A stretch of DNA of 64,000 bases from Basidiobolus meristosporus CBS 931.73 (GCA_002104905.1 MCFE01000302.1:35403-99402); one strand, 5' to 3'; positions 24,501 through 38,960 are shown, counted from the stretch's first letter. Notes: generated by a model not told the origin, from the letters alone. Numbers and translations are program-made.

Positions 24501-26507
24501 GTGGAGTACTAAGCCAAGAACACAAGGGAAAGGACTACCCAGTTGCCTTTGAGTCCAGGAAACTGAACTCAGCAGAACAAAATTATGCTGTGCATGAGAA
24601 GGAGATACTTGCTATAATACACTGCCTGAAGACATGGAGATGCTATATTGGAGGAGTCAAATGCACTGTAAAGACTGATCATGTCTCACTGAAATATATA
24701 TTTAATCAGAAGGTTCTATCCAGAAGAATGACAAGATGGAGTGAATACATTCAGCAATTTGACTTGGACATTGCCTACTGCCAAGGGAAAAACAACACGG
24801 TTGCTGATGCCTAATCAAGACTAGAACAAGTGGCACAACTCAACTTGGTGCATGAATTAGATTGGCCTAGCTTATTACCACAATACTTGGAGGACCAAGC
24901 CATTCCTAATGAGGTGGATGAAGAGATACAGAAGATAACCTGGGATGAAGCCAGCAAATTTGTTGTACAGGACAAAACACTCTACCAAATTGTTGATGGA
25001 AGCCCTATTGCCCATTGTCCTTATGTTGCTTGCCTGGATTTAATACATAAGCTACACAATGGATAAGGACATCTTGGGATTGAAGGAACTTATAGCCTTG
25101 TGAAAGCCAAAGCATGGTAGCCCAGAATAAAACAAGATATTGAGAAGTTAGTGAAAACATGACCAAACTGCCATATCAATCAAGGCCAGCTACAAAGAAT
25201 TGCCAAACTCTTCCCTTTGGAGCCTATAGACCATTTGAGAGATAGGGAATTGACTTTATTGGAAGACTGCCAACCACCAGGAAATACAACTGTTGGATCC
25301 TGCTAGCAATTGACCATGCCACTAGATGGTCAGTTGCTAAAGCTGTACCAATAGCCAGTGAGCACGAAGTTGCAAGTTTCATTTACCATGAGATCCTGAT
25401 GAAGTTTGAATGCCCTGTGGAAATCTTATCTGATAGAGGAGCAAACTCTATGGCAAAGACATTAGAGGCTTACCTGGAAATGCAGCAGGTTAAACACTTG
25501 AAAACCTTGGCATATCACCCCAGAACTAATGAAGTCACTGAACACTTTAATGGATTATTTGGAAAAATGCTGACCAAGTATGCAAATGGAGCTGTCAGTA
25601 GATGGGATGAGTATATAGATCAAGCACTTTTGGCCTGCAGAGTTAGAGTGCACAACACTACCCAATAATCACCATTATACTTAGTGTATGGATGTGAACC
25701 AAGGATTCCAGGAGATCTCACACAACCCAAGCTTACAGATGCCTTAGAAGATAAACTTAGTCAGCTCAGTAGACACCAGCAATTTGAAACAAAGATGACA
25801 AGAGGCACAGGCCAAAGTATCTCAAAGTGCAGAAAAGATGAAGCAGAGATTTGATAAGACTATAGCACCAGAAGCATTGACAGTTGGGAACTTTGTATTA
25901 CTAAGAAACAACATTTGGAAGAAGTTTGAGCCACAATGGACAGGACCATTCAAGATCATCTGAGAATGTCCATTTGCAACTAACCAACTAGTGGATAAAC
26001 AAGGGAATATCTGGGAAGATTTATTTCACAGAGACAGACTCAATCTTGCAAGACTTGCTGACAATACTGAACCATCACAATATTGGTATCACAAGAAAAG
26101 AGATTCAAGAGAACCCTCTCAACTTTGGTGGGGGAGAATGTTATGATCTACCGCTTGAATATTTAAGTTAGATCAGCTTTTAGTTAAGTCACTTATTTTT
26201 ATGTTGAGCCTATCAGTACATCAGTGTTATCTCTCAAATCAGTAGTATTAGTCAGCAGATGAATTAGCAGATCCTTATCAGGCAGAAATAGTTATATTAA
26301 ATAGGATCCAATTGGGTGATGATGATGCAATCAAATGAGTCATCAGCCACAGCCTACATTAGGAAATACAATTAGTCAGCAAATGATCTGGCAAAATGTA
26401 TATAAGGAGCTGCTGGAACCTCAATAAAAAGCAGTTCAAGTTTTTGTGAATACAATACTAGCTAAACTCCCTATTCCTCTACAACTCTTATACCAAGACT
26501 TGTAACA
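21568..26507 (+). mobile_element. Full-length Ty3/gypsy element (family G1, copy 1), inactivated
   Basis: 369-bp LTRs at 21568-21936 and 26139-26507; PBS TGGTAGCAGC (tRNAi-Met type); PPT GGTGGGGGAGAA; TSD CAAG/AAAG. Gag with CFNCHQQGHIAKYC, RT YLDD, RNase H, integrase. Confidence 0.93.
23153..24814 (+). pseudogene. pol: G1 RT-RNase H segment
   Basis: [52 protein letters not shown]. Confidence 0.9.
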
Positions 26508-26699
26508 AAAGTCCCAATATGCAATGAATAACACCCATTGAGACAAATGCCAAGAATTCTCTGTGGAGCCAAGTGAGTCCAGTAATCCATCTACAGGTGA
26601 ATGATGTAATGTTGTTGCTAGAGAAGTGGTGTGTTTCCACAAAATTCAGTGCTGGGTTTTTGAGGATTTATTATTACTTCTTGGCTAAGTCATTCCAGG

Positions 26700-28500
26700 A
26701 TGCAACTTAAAATTTACATGGTACAAGTGGACAACTGTCAAGTGGTTGGCAACATATGACCCAGAGACTGTCCTGATTCCAGCATGTGTTAACAGTTTCA
26801 TGGCACTCAAATTCAAAAATGCTACCATTTAAACGTGTCCAAATTGTCAGGAATCCAACCCATTGAGGTAAAACATTGTTCACACACCAGATAAATTCCA
26901 GAAATACCCTCTATAAAGTAGCTAATGCAGTCTAACAATATTGTAAAGCTACACCATACCGCATTCAGTATCAATGAAGGGCAAACATACCCAACATGTT
27001 CAATGGCAATTATTACAAACAGCTAAAAAGCAAGGGCTACTTTGAAGGTATGTATGACCATATCTTTGCTTTATCACTTGATGGATTCTCACTAAGCAAG
27101 TACTCTACCAGCAAATCCAGCTGGCCACTGATTCTCATCAATCCAAATCTGCCACCCATCTTGCGGTATCCAAGCAATAATCTGATGGTAGTCTCACTGG
27201 TATCTGAGCCTCAATCACTGTCCAGCCTGATTAACTGCCTGTATTCATTGCTAGATAAATTTTATATGCTTTCCGGCAGGATATCAGTAAATGGCCATCA
27301 TGTAAAAGCACATATTATTGTCTGCATTGGAAATACCCCAGCTATTAGCAAGATAACAGGTTTTTCTGGGCTCAATGGATAGTGTTGCTGTCAAATGTGT
27401 GAGATTCAGGGAACTTACATCATAAATCACACACACTGTCATTACCCAGATACCAGCACTAAGTACATCATATTGCCACAGAAAGAATGTACGGAAGCCA
27501 GCATGCAGTTGCAGCAAAGTTGGCAAGCTATAAGCCATTGGTCAGAATATGGAATCAATTGGAAACCTGAGATACTTAAGATAGAGGGTATCTGTTGGAG
27601 CAAAAGCTTTCCACTAGGAACAATGCAATTGCTTTTCAACAATATTCCTGTACTTATGACCAAGCTGTATATGGGCATTTCAGCTAAATGAGCCCTTTGA
27701 GATACTGGAGAAGTTTGAAAGAATTGGCAAGATGCCACAGAGTATCTGCTACCCTAAGTACTTCTCATGGGCTCCAATCAATATTCATACACATTTGCAA
27801 AAATACAAATGCAAAAAATTGAATGAACTGGATACATATTTATTCAAGTGACGTTCTGAGGCCATTCCTACCAAGATTACATTGAAAACATTGGGAGTCA
27901 TATGCGGACATTGTAGGAATATTTATCCAGAAGCAGATCACTAAAGCCAACCTGATGCATCTACAGCTGTAGTGCAAGCAGTTTGTAACAGGTTTTGAGC
28001 GGCTATACTACAGATATTTAGCAGAATGCATGGATATTCTGCTGTTACTGTACCCTCTCTGCACTCTATCTTGCACAGTGTGTGGAGAATATTGGGCCTG
28101 CTTCACCTTTTCAGAATTTACTATGGAGTTGATTTGCGAGGAGATAGGAAGACAAGTCAAGTTGCAGGTACTACCATATCCCAATCTCATCAAGAATATT
28201 ACCTCCATGTAGGACTTGAGTTGAGCAGGGAGAGGGAATACACTGGCCGGGTTCCAAAAAGTACTCTGCAGTTATTCAAGAGAAATTCATTGCAAAGGTG
28301 GTGGCAATCAAGTATATGTTTGCAGGATCTTTATGTTAACAGAAGTACAAGATGTATGGCAGCTTTGCAGGTATTATACTGCAAAGCCATAAAGTTGCAG
28401 TGTAGGAAATGTGTCAATTGCAGCAGGTATGTGTCTGTGTGATGGTGTCTAGGCAGGAGATGGTAATTTTTTTTGATTTTAATTATATGTGGAATATTCA
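26700..28500 (+). pseudogene. Decayed CACTA/EnSpm-like transposase
   Basis: ALSLDG..SSWPLILINPNLPP..SE(G)P..LLDK..GNTPAISKITGFSGLNG; later WACFTFSEFTMELICEEIGRQVKLQVLPYPNL. Confidence 0.82.
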
Positions 28501-29949
28501 CAGTTGTAGTGGGTTGGCAAAAAAGTTGAGGTGAATCAACAATGATAGATATAAATGGCATAAGGGAAGGTAGCAAAATGAAATACCCTTTGGCAAATTG
28601 GTACTGTAGCATTCAGCAATATTATATGTAGGCTGCAGTGCTGCTATTATAATGCCAACAGATATCATTATCAAGGCTGTTAAATACCATCATGAATTTT
28701 CCCATATATGGCATTTGCATGTACTGGCTGCTTGGGCTTCCTCAAATAAGTGTAAGCCTCAATACAACTGTCATTATGCCATCAAAATTTGGTCAATGAC
28801 CCACCTCAACACTATCCAGTTTACTTACCTGTAGAGCAATAGAATCAGCATATCACCATGATAATCCTACTGTAGCATTGTACAGAGGGTCAGCAATTCC
28901 CAGCTGCCTGCATTATGATGGCATCATTGCAGAGCGTTGACAGCTGATCTGTATTGGACCTACCTGCGGAAGCAAGTTTTGTTCTCAGGGAGTATTGCAG
29001 CTCATAGCTAGTCCTGTATAATGCTCCTGTAGCAATATACTAAATAGTATTCTTGTTTGCTGCCTTCACTTGCCCCACTCATATGCTCTGTTACAAAGTT
29101 GGCCCTATTTTCCTGCTTACCCAATACTTTGATGAGATTTCCACATATAGATCAAGCCAAAAAAACTATGGCCTTGGCAAATCAACACTTACAAATATGC
29201 CTAGAAGCCTCAATAAATCCCTATGATGAGTAATTTAGTCTAACAGGTGGATCCAATCCAGATCAGCTATCAAGATTGTTTGAGGAGACCACCATTGTAC
29301 TTACAGCTTGGAATAATGACCATCTACACAATCTCATGATGCAATCACCATAGCATTTGGATAATTTTACAGCCAAATAGAATTAAAAAACAAATCAGTG
29401 TTTGTGTGGTTTGTTACCAAGAGCGGCATGGCATTGTTGCAGTCTTAGTACCCTCTACAACTATTTGCGTGGATCTAACCAGCCAGTGCATCCTATTGCC
29501 TTATATAGCAAAAAAGATGACAGTGATTTAATGGCACTATACCAGCAGTATGACAGCCTACAACTAGTTGTGTACAATGCTACTGAACCAATTCCTATGA
29601 AAATTATTGTGATGATCCCTTCATACAGCTGTCACAGATTCTAACTCCTGTGACTAAGAGGTATTGATACAGCCAAGACACCATGCAAAGATTGACAAGA
29701 AATAATTGCACCCCAGATTTCACAAAAAACATGGTCAAAATTTCTCACCACAACAATACAACAGTGCCTTGTGATTGGTTCTTATCTAACTTTCCTATCT
29801 TTTGATCTCACACACTCTGTTATCTCCTACACATGTCTGCATTGATTGGCTATTGCCTCTTTTTCTCACTTTTTACTACCTGACTCAATCTTTTCTCCAC
29901 TTTTCATTTATACATATTGATTTATTTATATTGAAACTTCAGCTGTACC

Positions 29950-31130
29950 TCAATTGCCAATTGTACTGACCTCTACAAGTCCGTATACCCTACAGCAGAA
30001 TTAGGCCCAACCCCACACTCAACAAGTAACTGCATTAAGATCCACCTTATAATAAGTGTATCTGCTATTATGCTCTATATCCATGACTTTGACAGGAACC
30101 CTATAGCCTTGAGCCACTATTCACTCACTGGTTCCCATATATAGTGGTCTTCAGACAGCACTGCAAGGTCTAGCACCTCATCTGCCAGTCTTTACAATAA
30201 ATCCTTTCAAAATTCAAGTGTGTTTTCCTGAGCGCTGCTCTTACAAGAATGCTGCAACATCTGGGTGAGCCTATTAATGTTTCAAAATTCTACCAAAGGC
30301 ATTGTGGTAACCTTTTGAGCTTTTGACACTGTTACTTTGTCAGTCAGTGGGATCTACACTTGGTTGGCAATAGATGATATGGAGGCTGTGGTAGCCAAAT
30401 GGCCATTCTCTGAAAACTCATCTACCTTGCTGGAGTGTAGCTCAACCGGCTGCACTTTTGACACTTGTGAAAGCAGCTGTTTTCTTGCTGGTAACTCCTA
30501 TTGGCCATGATGGGATTTGGTCTTTTATGGGCCTATGGCCTTAATTGGCAAGAACTGCAGCTTTTTTCTCATGGTTTGCTGTCTCTGGCTTTAGTACACT
30601 TTTACCTTTACCTTTTCTTTTATTGCTGTCAGGTCTTTCTCTGCTAATTTATCTAAGTGTTCATTATATTGAACTATATTTTCTCTTCAATAAATGCAGC
30701 TCTGATATATTGGCTTTGAGCTGCATATCTCTTGCTAGCACTCCAGGGCAACCTGATGCTTCTCTTCTGCTTGTTTTGAGCTCTCAGCCAATGTCGTGAC
30801 AAACTTCTGAGGTAACCACTTGTTTTTATAACTGCTAGGTCCTTCACTGCTACTTTGACTGAGTGCCTTTTGAGTCAAACCTCACTTTTTTCTTGGTAAA
30901 TATTGCATCAGTGCATCTGTGTCTGCCCACATTTCCCTTGCTGGCACTCTTCCAGCTACCTGATTTCTCTTTGATGCCTGTTTGGAACTTTTGCCCCTGG
31001 TTGTAACATGTTTTTGAGGAAACCATAGGTTTTTAGCCATTGCACTGTTTTTCTGCTGCCTTTGATAGTTTCCGCTATTCTTGAGATACTATCTTAGTGT
31101 ACCAATGTTGTTGCACTGAATGTCAAGGCA
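29950..31130 (-). pseudogene. CACTA-like partner ORF, degenerate copy
   Basis: Nucleotide homology to 13130-13911 and 15050-15460. Confidence 0.55.
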
Positions 31131-31877
31131 TGTTGTTGTCAAACCTTTTTTCTGCAGCCATCAGCGGTGGGGTTTGGTTGAGTACCAGATAACTTTTCTT
31201 TATTTTTTTGTGGCATATATGGAGGCAAGTCAAACCAAAGGGGGAATGATGCCACATATTCATTTGAATATGGTGACACAACATTATTTATATTGCTAAC
31301 TTTGGCTGGTCACCATTGAATCTACATTCATGTAGGTGCAATATCTGAGACACAAGACTGCCTTATATTAACATGATTGTTGACAAAAAAGTGATGCAAT
31401 AGTTTATTTCCAAGTTTGAGATTTTTCATAGGGTATCAGCCATGAAGCATGCACACAGCATACAAAGCATAAAAGGATTACAGTTGGTGTTTTACCACAC
31501 AAGTCATATTTGACCATTCATTGGTCATTACTGTACCTATAATATCTTGCTGGCTGCTTAGTACTTCATAACAGCACCTATCCATACTTCTCACCTTGCA
31601 CAAACTGAGTCAGGTGGGTCTGCGATGCCTTCAGGCTCACCCTAGCCTTCTGAATATGGCATGCAGAGTAATAGCTTTGTAGAAGTAAGCTCACTGACGG
31701 ATTGTGAGCCTATCTTCCCTAGCAACAGTACCCTGCTTGAGCCTAGTGCAATTCCATTATGCAACAAGACATCACCCACAGATAAAATACCAAGGATGCT
31801 TTAGGGAGTCTGGTGAGCTCAGTAATCCATCTACTGGTGAATGATATGATGGTGTGACTAGAGAAATGTCATGTTCC

Positions 31878-32244
31878 TGTTGAAATATTGGACTATTTGG
31901 TATCATTCAGCAGCTAAAAATTACTTAACAATTCTAGGCTAGTCTTAGTCACCGTAAACTCATTTACTGCCTTAACTTTGCCACTTTCTCCAGATATTTG
32001 ATCTTATGATTATTCCCCTATAGTCAGGATCAAATTAGCACTATTACCAAACATTATGTACTAACCCTGAAACTGTTACAGAATGCTCCTGAATATTGAG
32101 AAACCCTCCCTACTTAGTGTTGCAGCTGTATTACTTCTACAAAGGTATAAATACTGAGCTTCTTTATGAATAAATAACAGTTCAACTATTATCACTATTT
32201 CTTGATAAGTTCCTTATATCCAAATCACTTCTTAAATTGCAACA
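31878..32244. repeat. Solo LTR (family W), 367 bp
   Basis: TGTTGAAATATT..TTGCAACA with perfect TSD GTTCC. Confidence 0.88.
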
Positions 32245-32289
32245 GTTCCTGCTCATATATGTCATGAGAGCCTTGAGCATTTAATGCTA

Positions 32290-34745
32290 CTCCTAGCCAG
32301 AATTATCCTTGGATGCAACTTACCATGCACATGGTGTAAATGGACAACCTTCATGTGATGGGTAATATATATACAGAGACTATCCATATGCCATCATGCG
32401 TTAGCAGTTGCATAGCACTCTTATCAGAAAATGCCACCATTGCAGGTGCCCAACTTCTCACCAATCCACCACCATAGGAAGAAAACATCACTCACATTCC
32501 ATATATATGCTGTAATCCAATGCCAAGCTCATGGAGTCCAACAAATACTGTGAAGCCACAGAGTGCTGCACTCAGTATCAATCAAGTGCAAACAGTTCCA
32601 ACATACTTGATGGCAAAGATTACAAATAACTAAGGAGCAAGGGCCACTCGGAAGGTATTTAGGAATGTGTCTTTTCCATTGCACTTGATGGACTCCCATT
32701 CATCAAGTACTCTATCAGCAAATTCTGCCAGCTACCAATTCTCATCAGCCTGAATTGGCTGCCTAACCTATGGTATTGCAGCAGAAATCTGATTGTTGTC
32801 ACAATGATATTGCGGCCTAAATGGCTATCCAACCTGAACAGCTACCTGTGTTTGTTGCCTGATGAGTGTTTAATGCTTTTTAGCTGGAAACCACTACATG
32901 TCTGTCATATCAAAGCATATATTATATCTGCATTGGAGATATCCCAGCAATCAGCTGTTAAAATATTGCACTATGTGGTACCATTCAGCAGTTAAGAGTT
33001 TACCTAACAATTCTGCTAGACTAAGGACTGGCCACTGTAGGACTAACCTACTGCCCTAGCTTTATCACTCTCCTCAGACCTATGATCCTATGAGTATTCC
33101 CCCACAGTCAAAATAAAGTTAGCACTTTTACCCAACAATAGGCACTTACCCTGAAACAGTTACAGAATGCTCCTGAGTGTTGAGAAGCTCTCCTTACTCT
33201 GTGTTACAGTGGTATTACTTCTACAAAGGTACAAAAACTGGGCTTCTTAACAAATAAACAACAGTTCAACTATTACTGTTATATATTGATATGTTCTTCA
33301 TATCTAAATCACTTCTTAAGTTGCAACATCAGATACTCAGCTGGCTTTTCTGTGTGCAATGAGCAGCATTGCTGTTCAATGCATGAGATCCAAGGGATTT
33401 ACTCCATAGCTTACATACATTAGTATTCTCTAAACACTAATACCAAGATCATGATCTTCCCTCAGAGAGAATGTACAGAGGTCAACATGCAATTACAACA
33501 ATGCAGGCAAGCAGTAAGTCATTGGTTAAATATGGAATTAATCACAAACTAGAGATAGATAAGAGTGAGGGTGTCTGCTGGAACAGAAGTGTTCCACTGT
33601 CAGCAATGCATTTGCTTTTGAGCAATATCCATATAGTGAGGACCAAGCTCTACATGGGGCATTTTGAGCTTAATGAGAACCTTGGGACACCAGAGACATC
33701 TTAAAAAAATTGGCATGATAGTACAGTATTTCTGCTGCCTAAGGCATTTTTTAACAGCACTAATCAAGATTCATGTGCATATGCAGCAATGTAAATGCAA
33801 GGACAGGATGAACTTGAACTATATTTATCCAAGCAGCTTTCTGTAGCCATTTCTATGTAGAGTACTTCAGAAGCATTGTGAGTAATGTGTTGACATTGTA
33901 GGAGTATTTATTCAGAAGCAGATCACCAATTCCAACTTAATGCATCTACAGCTTTAATGCTAGGAGTTGTGACAGAATTTGAGCAGTTATACTTCTAGTA
34001 TAAAGCTGAAGGTTTATATCTCTGCCTTAACCGTTTTCTTAGTATGCTCTTTTTTGCTTATGTAAGGAGAATAGTGGGCCTTGCTTCACCTTTGAGGAGC
34101 TTCATTTGGCACAGATACAGGGATGAAAAGGAATCCAAGTCAGCTACAGGTACTACCATATCCAATCTCTTCACAAATATTACCTACAAGTCCAGCATGG
34201 ATGCAGTGAGTTTGCACATGGAGGCATCTATAACTTTGGCATTAAGAAGCTAAGCATCCCCAATCCATGTGTAAGCAGTAAAGTAATACAAACTGGGTGC
34301 AGGTACAGAAGTAACTAACTTCTATTAGCACAGCTTTAGCAATATACACTGGGTTTCTCTTGGTCACAAGCCATTTTTGCACCATTTAATGCAGAATTTG
34401 CACAAACAAGAGCCAGAGAGCATCTAAAATGGGGCTGGAACCCAGCAGGGCAAAGAAATAAATTAGCTGAATGCCAAGTAGCTCTTTGCAGATATTCAGG
34501 AGGGATTCATGGAAGAAGTGGTGACAACCTGGTAAATGTTTGCAAGATGTATACATTACCCGTGATACATGGGAAACAGCAACTTTGCAGGTATCCTACT
34601 AAAATGCCGTAAAGTTGAGGTGATTGAAGTGTGTTGATTGCAGTTGGTGCGCATACATGTAGAGGCTAGTAAGCAGGAGGCCATAGCTTTTTTTGAATCA
34701 AGCAATATATGGAGTACCTAAGGTAGTTTTGGGTGGCAAATAAAG
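32290..34745 (+). pseudogene. Decayed CACTA/EnSpm-like transposase, interrupted by solo LTR W
   Basis: Colinear with 26700-28500 (e.g. CWNRSVPLSAMHLLLSNI..TKLYMGHF). Confidence 0.75.
32956..33328. repeat. Solo LTR (family W), 373 bp, independent insertion
   Basis: TGTTAAAATATT..TTGCAACA, TSD TCAGC/TCAGA; diverged homologue of 31878-32244. Confidence 0.82.
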
Positions 34746-36351
34746 AGTTGTGATCTAAAAGTGGAATACATGTTTTATGATCTGCCGCTTGAATGTTTAA
34801 GTTAGATCAGTTTTTAGTCAAATCAATTGGAATATACTTAGGTTATCAGTATATCAGTATTATCTATGAAATCAGTAGCATTAGTCAGCAAATGAATCAG
34901 CAGATCCTTATCAGACAGAAACAGATATATTAAGTAGGATCTTATTAGGTGATGATGATGCAATAAAAAGAGTCATCAGCCACAAACTACATTAGGAAAT
35001 ACAATTAGTCAGCAATTGATCTGGCAAAATGTATATAAGGAGCTGCTGGAACCTCAATAAAAATCAGTTCAAGTTTTAGTGAATACATTACTAGCTAAAC
35101 TCCCTATTCCTCTACAACTCTTATACCAAGACTTTTAACATTGGTAGCAGCAATAACCAGAAACCTCCCTCCTGAAGAAAGAAGAAACCACCCTCAAGAT
35201 GATGGACAATCAAGAATGGAAGAATGCCATGCAGCAAATCCTGGCCCAACAGCAACAGTTACTCCAGATCCTCAGCCAACAGCAACAAGAATGACTACCA
35301 TGGCTCAGAACCAGCAAAGCCCTGTTAAGAGCAACTTTAGTGTGAAGGTCAACCGGTACCATGGCAGAGTCAATGAAAACCTGGGAACCTGGCTCTTCCA
35401 GACTGAAGAAGCTTTTAAAGCTAAAGGAATTGCTCCAGAAAGCAAGTTGAATACTTTATTGATGGGTTGAAAGAAAGAACTTGCAAGGAAGTGAATTACC
35501 AAAGACCTCAGACTATTGAAGAAGCCATCAAGATTGCCATTGACTATGACTCAGCTATGTTGGGAGTTGGGAAGCCTACAGTGACTAATCAGAAAGGCTA
35601 CAATCTTTATGAAAGAAGACAATCAGAAGCAGTACCAATGGAAATAGACACTATGCAGAAGAATCCTACCTCAGAAGAATGTAAGAAGAAAGGACTTTGT
35701 TTCAATTGCCACCAGCAAGGACATATTGCAAAGTACTGCCCTCAGAGAAGAAATGGACACCAGCCAACAAGAACCTTCAACCATATTGAGTTCCATGAAC
35801 ACAGTAATGTGGAAGATGAGCATGAAGAAGACTTGGAACTCACCTTCCATATGACAGAAGAGTACTTGTCCCAAATGACCTCAATCTCAGGGAAGTTATT
35901 GTACCTGAATGGAGTAATCAATGGAGTACGTGCCAAGATCATGATTGACTGAGGAGCATTGCATGAGTACATGTTGGAGCAATTTGCTTTGAAAGCTGGA
36001 ATCAACTTGGAACCTACCAAATCAACTTCAGTCTCCACAGCTGATGGGAACTCTCACATAATCAACCGTATTACCCAGCCAGTAAGAATGAAGATCAATG
36101 ACTATGAAGAAGACCTACAGGCTTATATATTTGGGAACTGCAAGTTTGACCTTGTACTTGGAAAAACCTGGCTATTTTGTTGTAATCCATCAATCAACTG
36201 GAGAACCCATGCTACTCAGATCCAAAAAGACAACAAGACCTATGAGCTATTACCTGCCAGGCTGGATTTCAACTTGGTCAATCCCAGTATGTGTGAGACA
36301 AGTGAACTTAGCAAGACCCAATTCTGTAGAGCACTTGGATAAGGTACCCAG

Positions 36352-38001
36352 ATGTTCCTCATGACTGTAATACAGGAGGATTCTGCTACCCCAGCACCCC
36401 AGCAGGTCCAGACTCTCTTGAAGAAATATTTGGACATGTTTCCAGATGAGCTTGTAAGCCTACCACCAGTCAGAGATGTGGATCATGCCATTGACACAGG
36501 AGATAGCCCACCAGTGAGCAAGACACCTTACAGAATGAGTCCATTGGAATTGGAGGAAATGAAGAGACAAATTGATCAGCTATTGGAGCAAGGATATATC
36601 AGGCCCAGCAAGTCACCCTGGGGAGCACAAGTGCTTTTTGTGAAAAAGAAGGATGGAACACTTAGGATGTGCATTGACTACAGAGCCCTGAACTCAGTTA
36701 CCGTCAAGAATAAGTACCCCATTCCTTGGATTGATGAGCTTTTGGACCAACTTAATGGAGCCACTATTTTCAGCAAGATTGACCTCATGTCAGGATACAA
36801 CCAGATTAGGGTGAAGCCAGAAGACATCCCTAAGACAGCATTCAGGACCAGATATGGACATTACAAGTACTTAGTCATGAGTTTTGGCCTCACCAATGCC
36901 CCTGCAACTTTCATGACCCTGATGCAGACTGTCTTCCAGGAGTACTTAGACACGTTTGTCATAATCTACCTAGATGATATACTGATATACAGCAAGACAG
37001 AAGAGGATCACTTGGTGCACATTGAAAAGGTCTTGAAGAAGCTAAGAGATAACAAGCTTTATGGCAAGCTACTCAGGTGTGAATTCTTCAAGGAACATGT
37101 AGAACTTCTGGGACACATAGTGACTAGCACAGGAATAACCGTAGACCCCAAGAAGGTGGAAGTAATCAAGAATTTGAAGCAGCCCCATAGCATATCAGAA
37201 CTCAGATCATTCCTTGGAATGGTTTCCTATTATCGGAGATTTGTCAAGTCTTTTGCAAGTATTGCAGCCCCTTTATCTGATATCCTCAACAAAGACAATA
37301 CCTACAAGTGGGACATAGCTTGTGAGACTGCCTTCCAGATGCTCAAGAATGAACTTGCTAAGCTGCCAAGCTTAAGAATACCAGACTTCAGAAAGGAGTT
37401 CACTCTGTGCATAGATGCTTCAGATTATGCAATTGGTGGAGTGCTGAGCCAAGAACACAAGGGAAAGGACTACCCTGTTGCCTTTGAATCCAAGAAACTG
37501 AACTCTTCAGAACAAAACTATCCAGTCCATGAGAAGGAGATGCTTGCTATAATACACTGTTTGAAGACATGGAGATGCTATATTGAAGGAGTCAAATGCA
37601 CTGTGAAGACTGATCGTACCTCCCTCAAGTATATATTTACTCAGAAGGTACTCTCTAGAAGAATGACAAGATGGAGTGAATATATTCAGCAATTTGACCT
37701 AGAGATTGTCTACTGTCCTGGAAAAAACAACACGGTTGCTGATGCCTTATCAAGATTAGATCAAGTTGCACAACTCAACTTGGTGCATGAATCAGATTGG
37801 CCTAGCCTATTACCAAAATACTTGGAGGACCAAGCCATTCCTAATGAGGTGGATGAAGATATCAAGAAGATGATCCATGATGAAGCCAGCAAATTTGTTG
37901 TACAGGACAAAACACTCTACCAAATTGTTGATGAAAGCCCTATTGCCTATTGTCCTTATGTTGCTTGCCTGGATTTAATACATAAGCTACACAATGGATA
38001 A
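36352..38001 (+). pseudogene. pol: G1 copy 2 RT-RNase H segment (549 aa open)
   Basis: [34 protein letters not shown]. Confidence 0.92.
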
Positions 38002-38034
38002 GGACATCTTGGGATTGAAGGAACCTGTAGCCTT

Positions 38035-38960
38035 GTGAAAGCCAGAGCATGGTGGCCCAGAATGAAACAAGATATTGAGAAGCTAGTGAAAACATGCCCA
38101 AACTGCCAAATCAATCAAGGCCGGCCACTAGGAATTGCCAAACTCTTCCCTTTGGAGCCTGTAAGACCATTTGAGAGATGCGGAATTGACTTTATTGGAA
38201 GACTGCCAACTACCAGGAAATGCAACCGTTGGATCCTAGTAGCTATTGACCATGCCACTAAATGGCCAGTTGCTAAAGTTGTACCAATAGCCAGTGAACA
38301 AGAAGTTGCAAGTTTCATTTACCATGAGATCCTGATGAAGTTTAGATGCCCTCTGGAGATCTTATCCAATAGAGGTGCAAATTTTATGGCAAAGACATTA
38401 GAGGCTTACCTGGAAATGCAGCAGATCAGACACTTGAAAACCTTGGCATATCACCCCAGAACTAATGGAGTCACTGAGCGGTTTAATGGATTATTTGGAA
38501 AAATGCTGACCAAGTATGCAAATGGAGTTGTCAGTAGATGGGATGAGTATATAGACCAAGCACTCTTTGCATGCAGAGTCAGAGTACACAACACCACCCA
38601 GCAATCACCATTTTACTTAGTTTATGGATGTGAACCAAGGATTCCAGGAGATCTCACACAACCAAAACTTACAGACACCTTAGAAGATGAACTCAGTCAG
38701 CCAAGTAGACACCAGCAACTGGAACAAAGACTTCTAGAGGCACAGACCAAAGTATCTCAAAGTGCAGAAAAGATGAAGCAGAGGTTTGATAAGGCTATAC
38801 CACCAGAAGCATTGACAGTTGGGAACTTTGAATTGCTAAGAAACAACACTTGGAAGAAGTTTGAGCCACAATGGACAGGACCACTCAAGATCATCAGAGA
38901 ATGTCCATTTGCAACTTACCAACTGGTGGACAAACAAGGCAATATCTGGGAAGACTTAGT
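38035..38960 (+). pseudogene. G1 copy 2 integrase
   Basis: WWP..CPNCQ; GIDFIG; AIDHAT; SNRGANF; YHPRTNGVTERFN. Confidence 0.9.
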
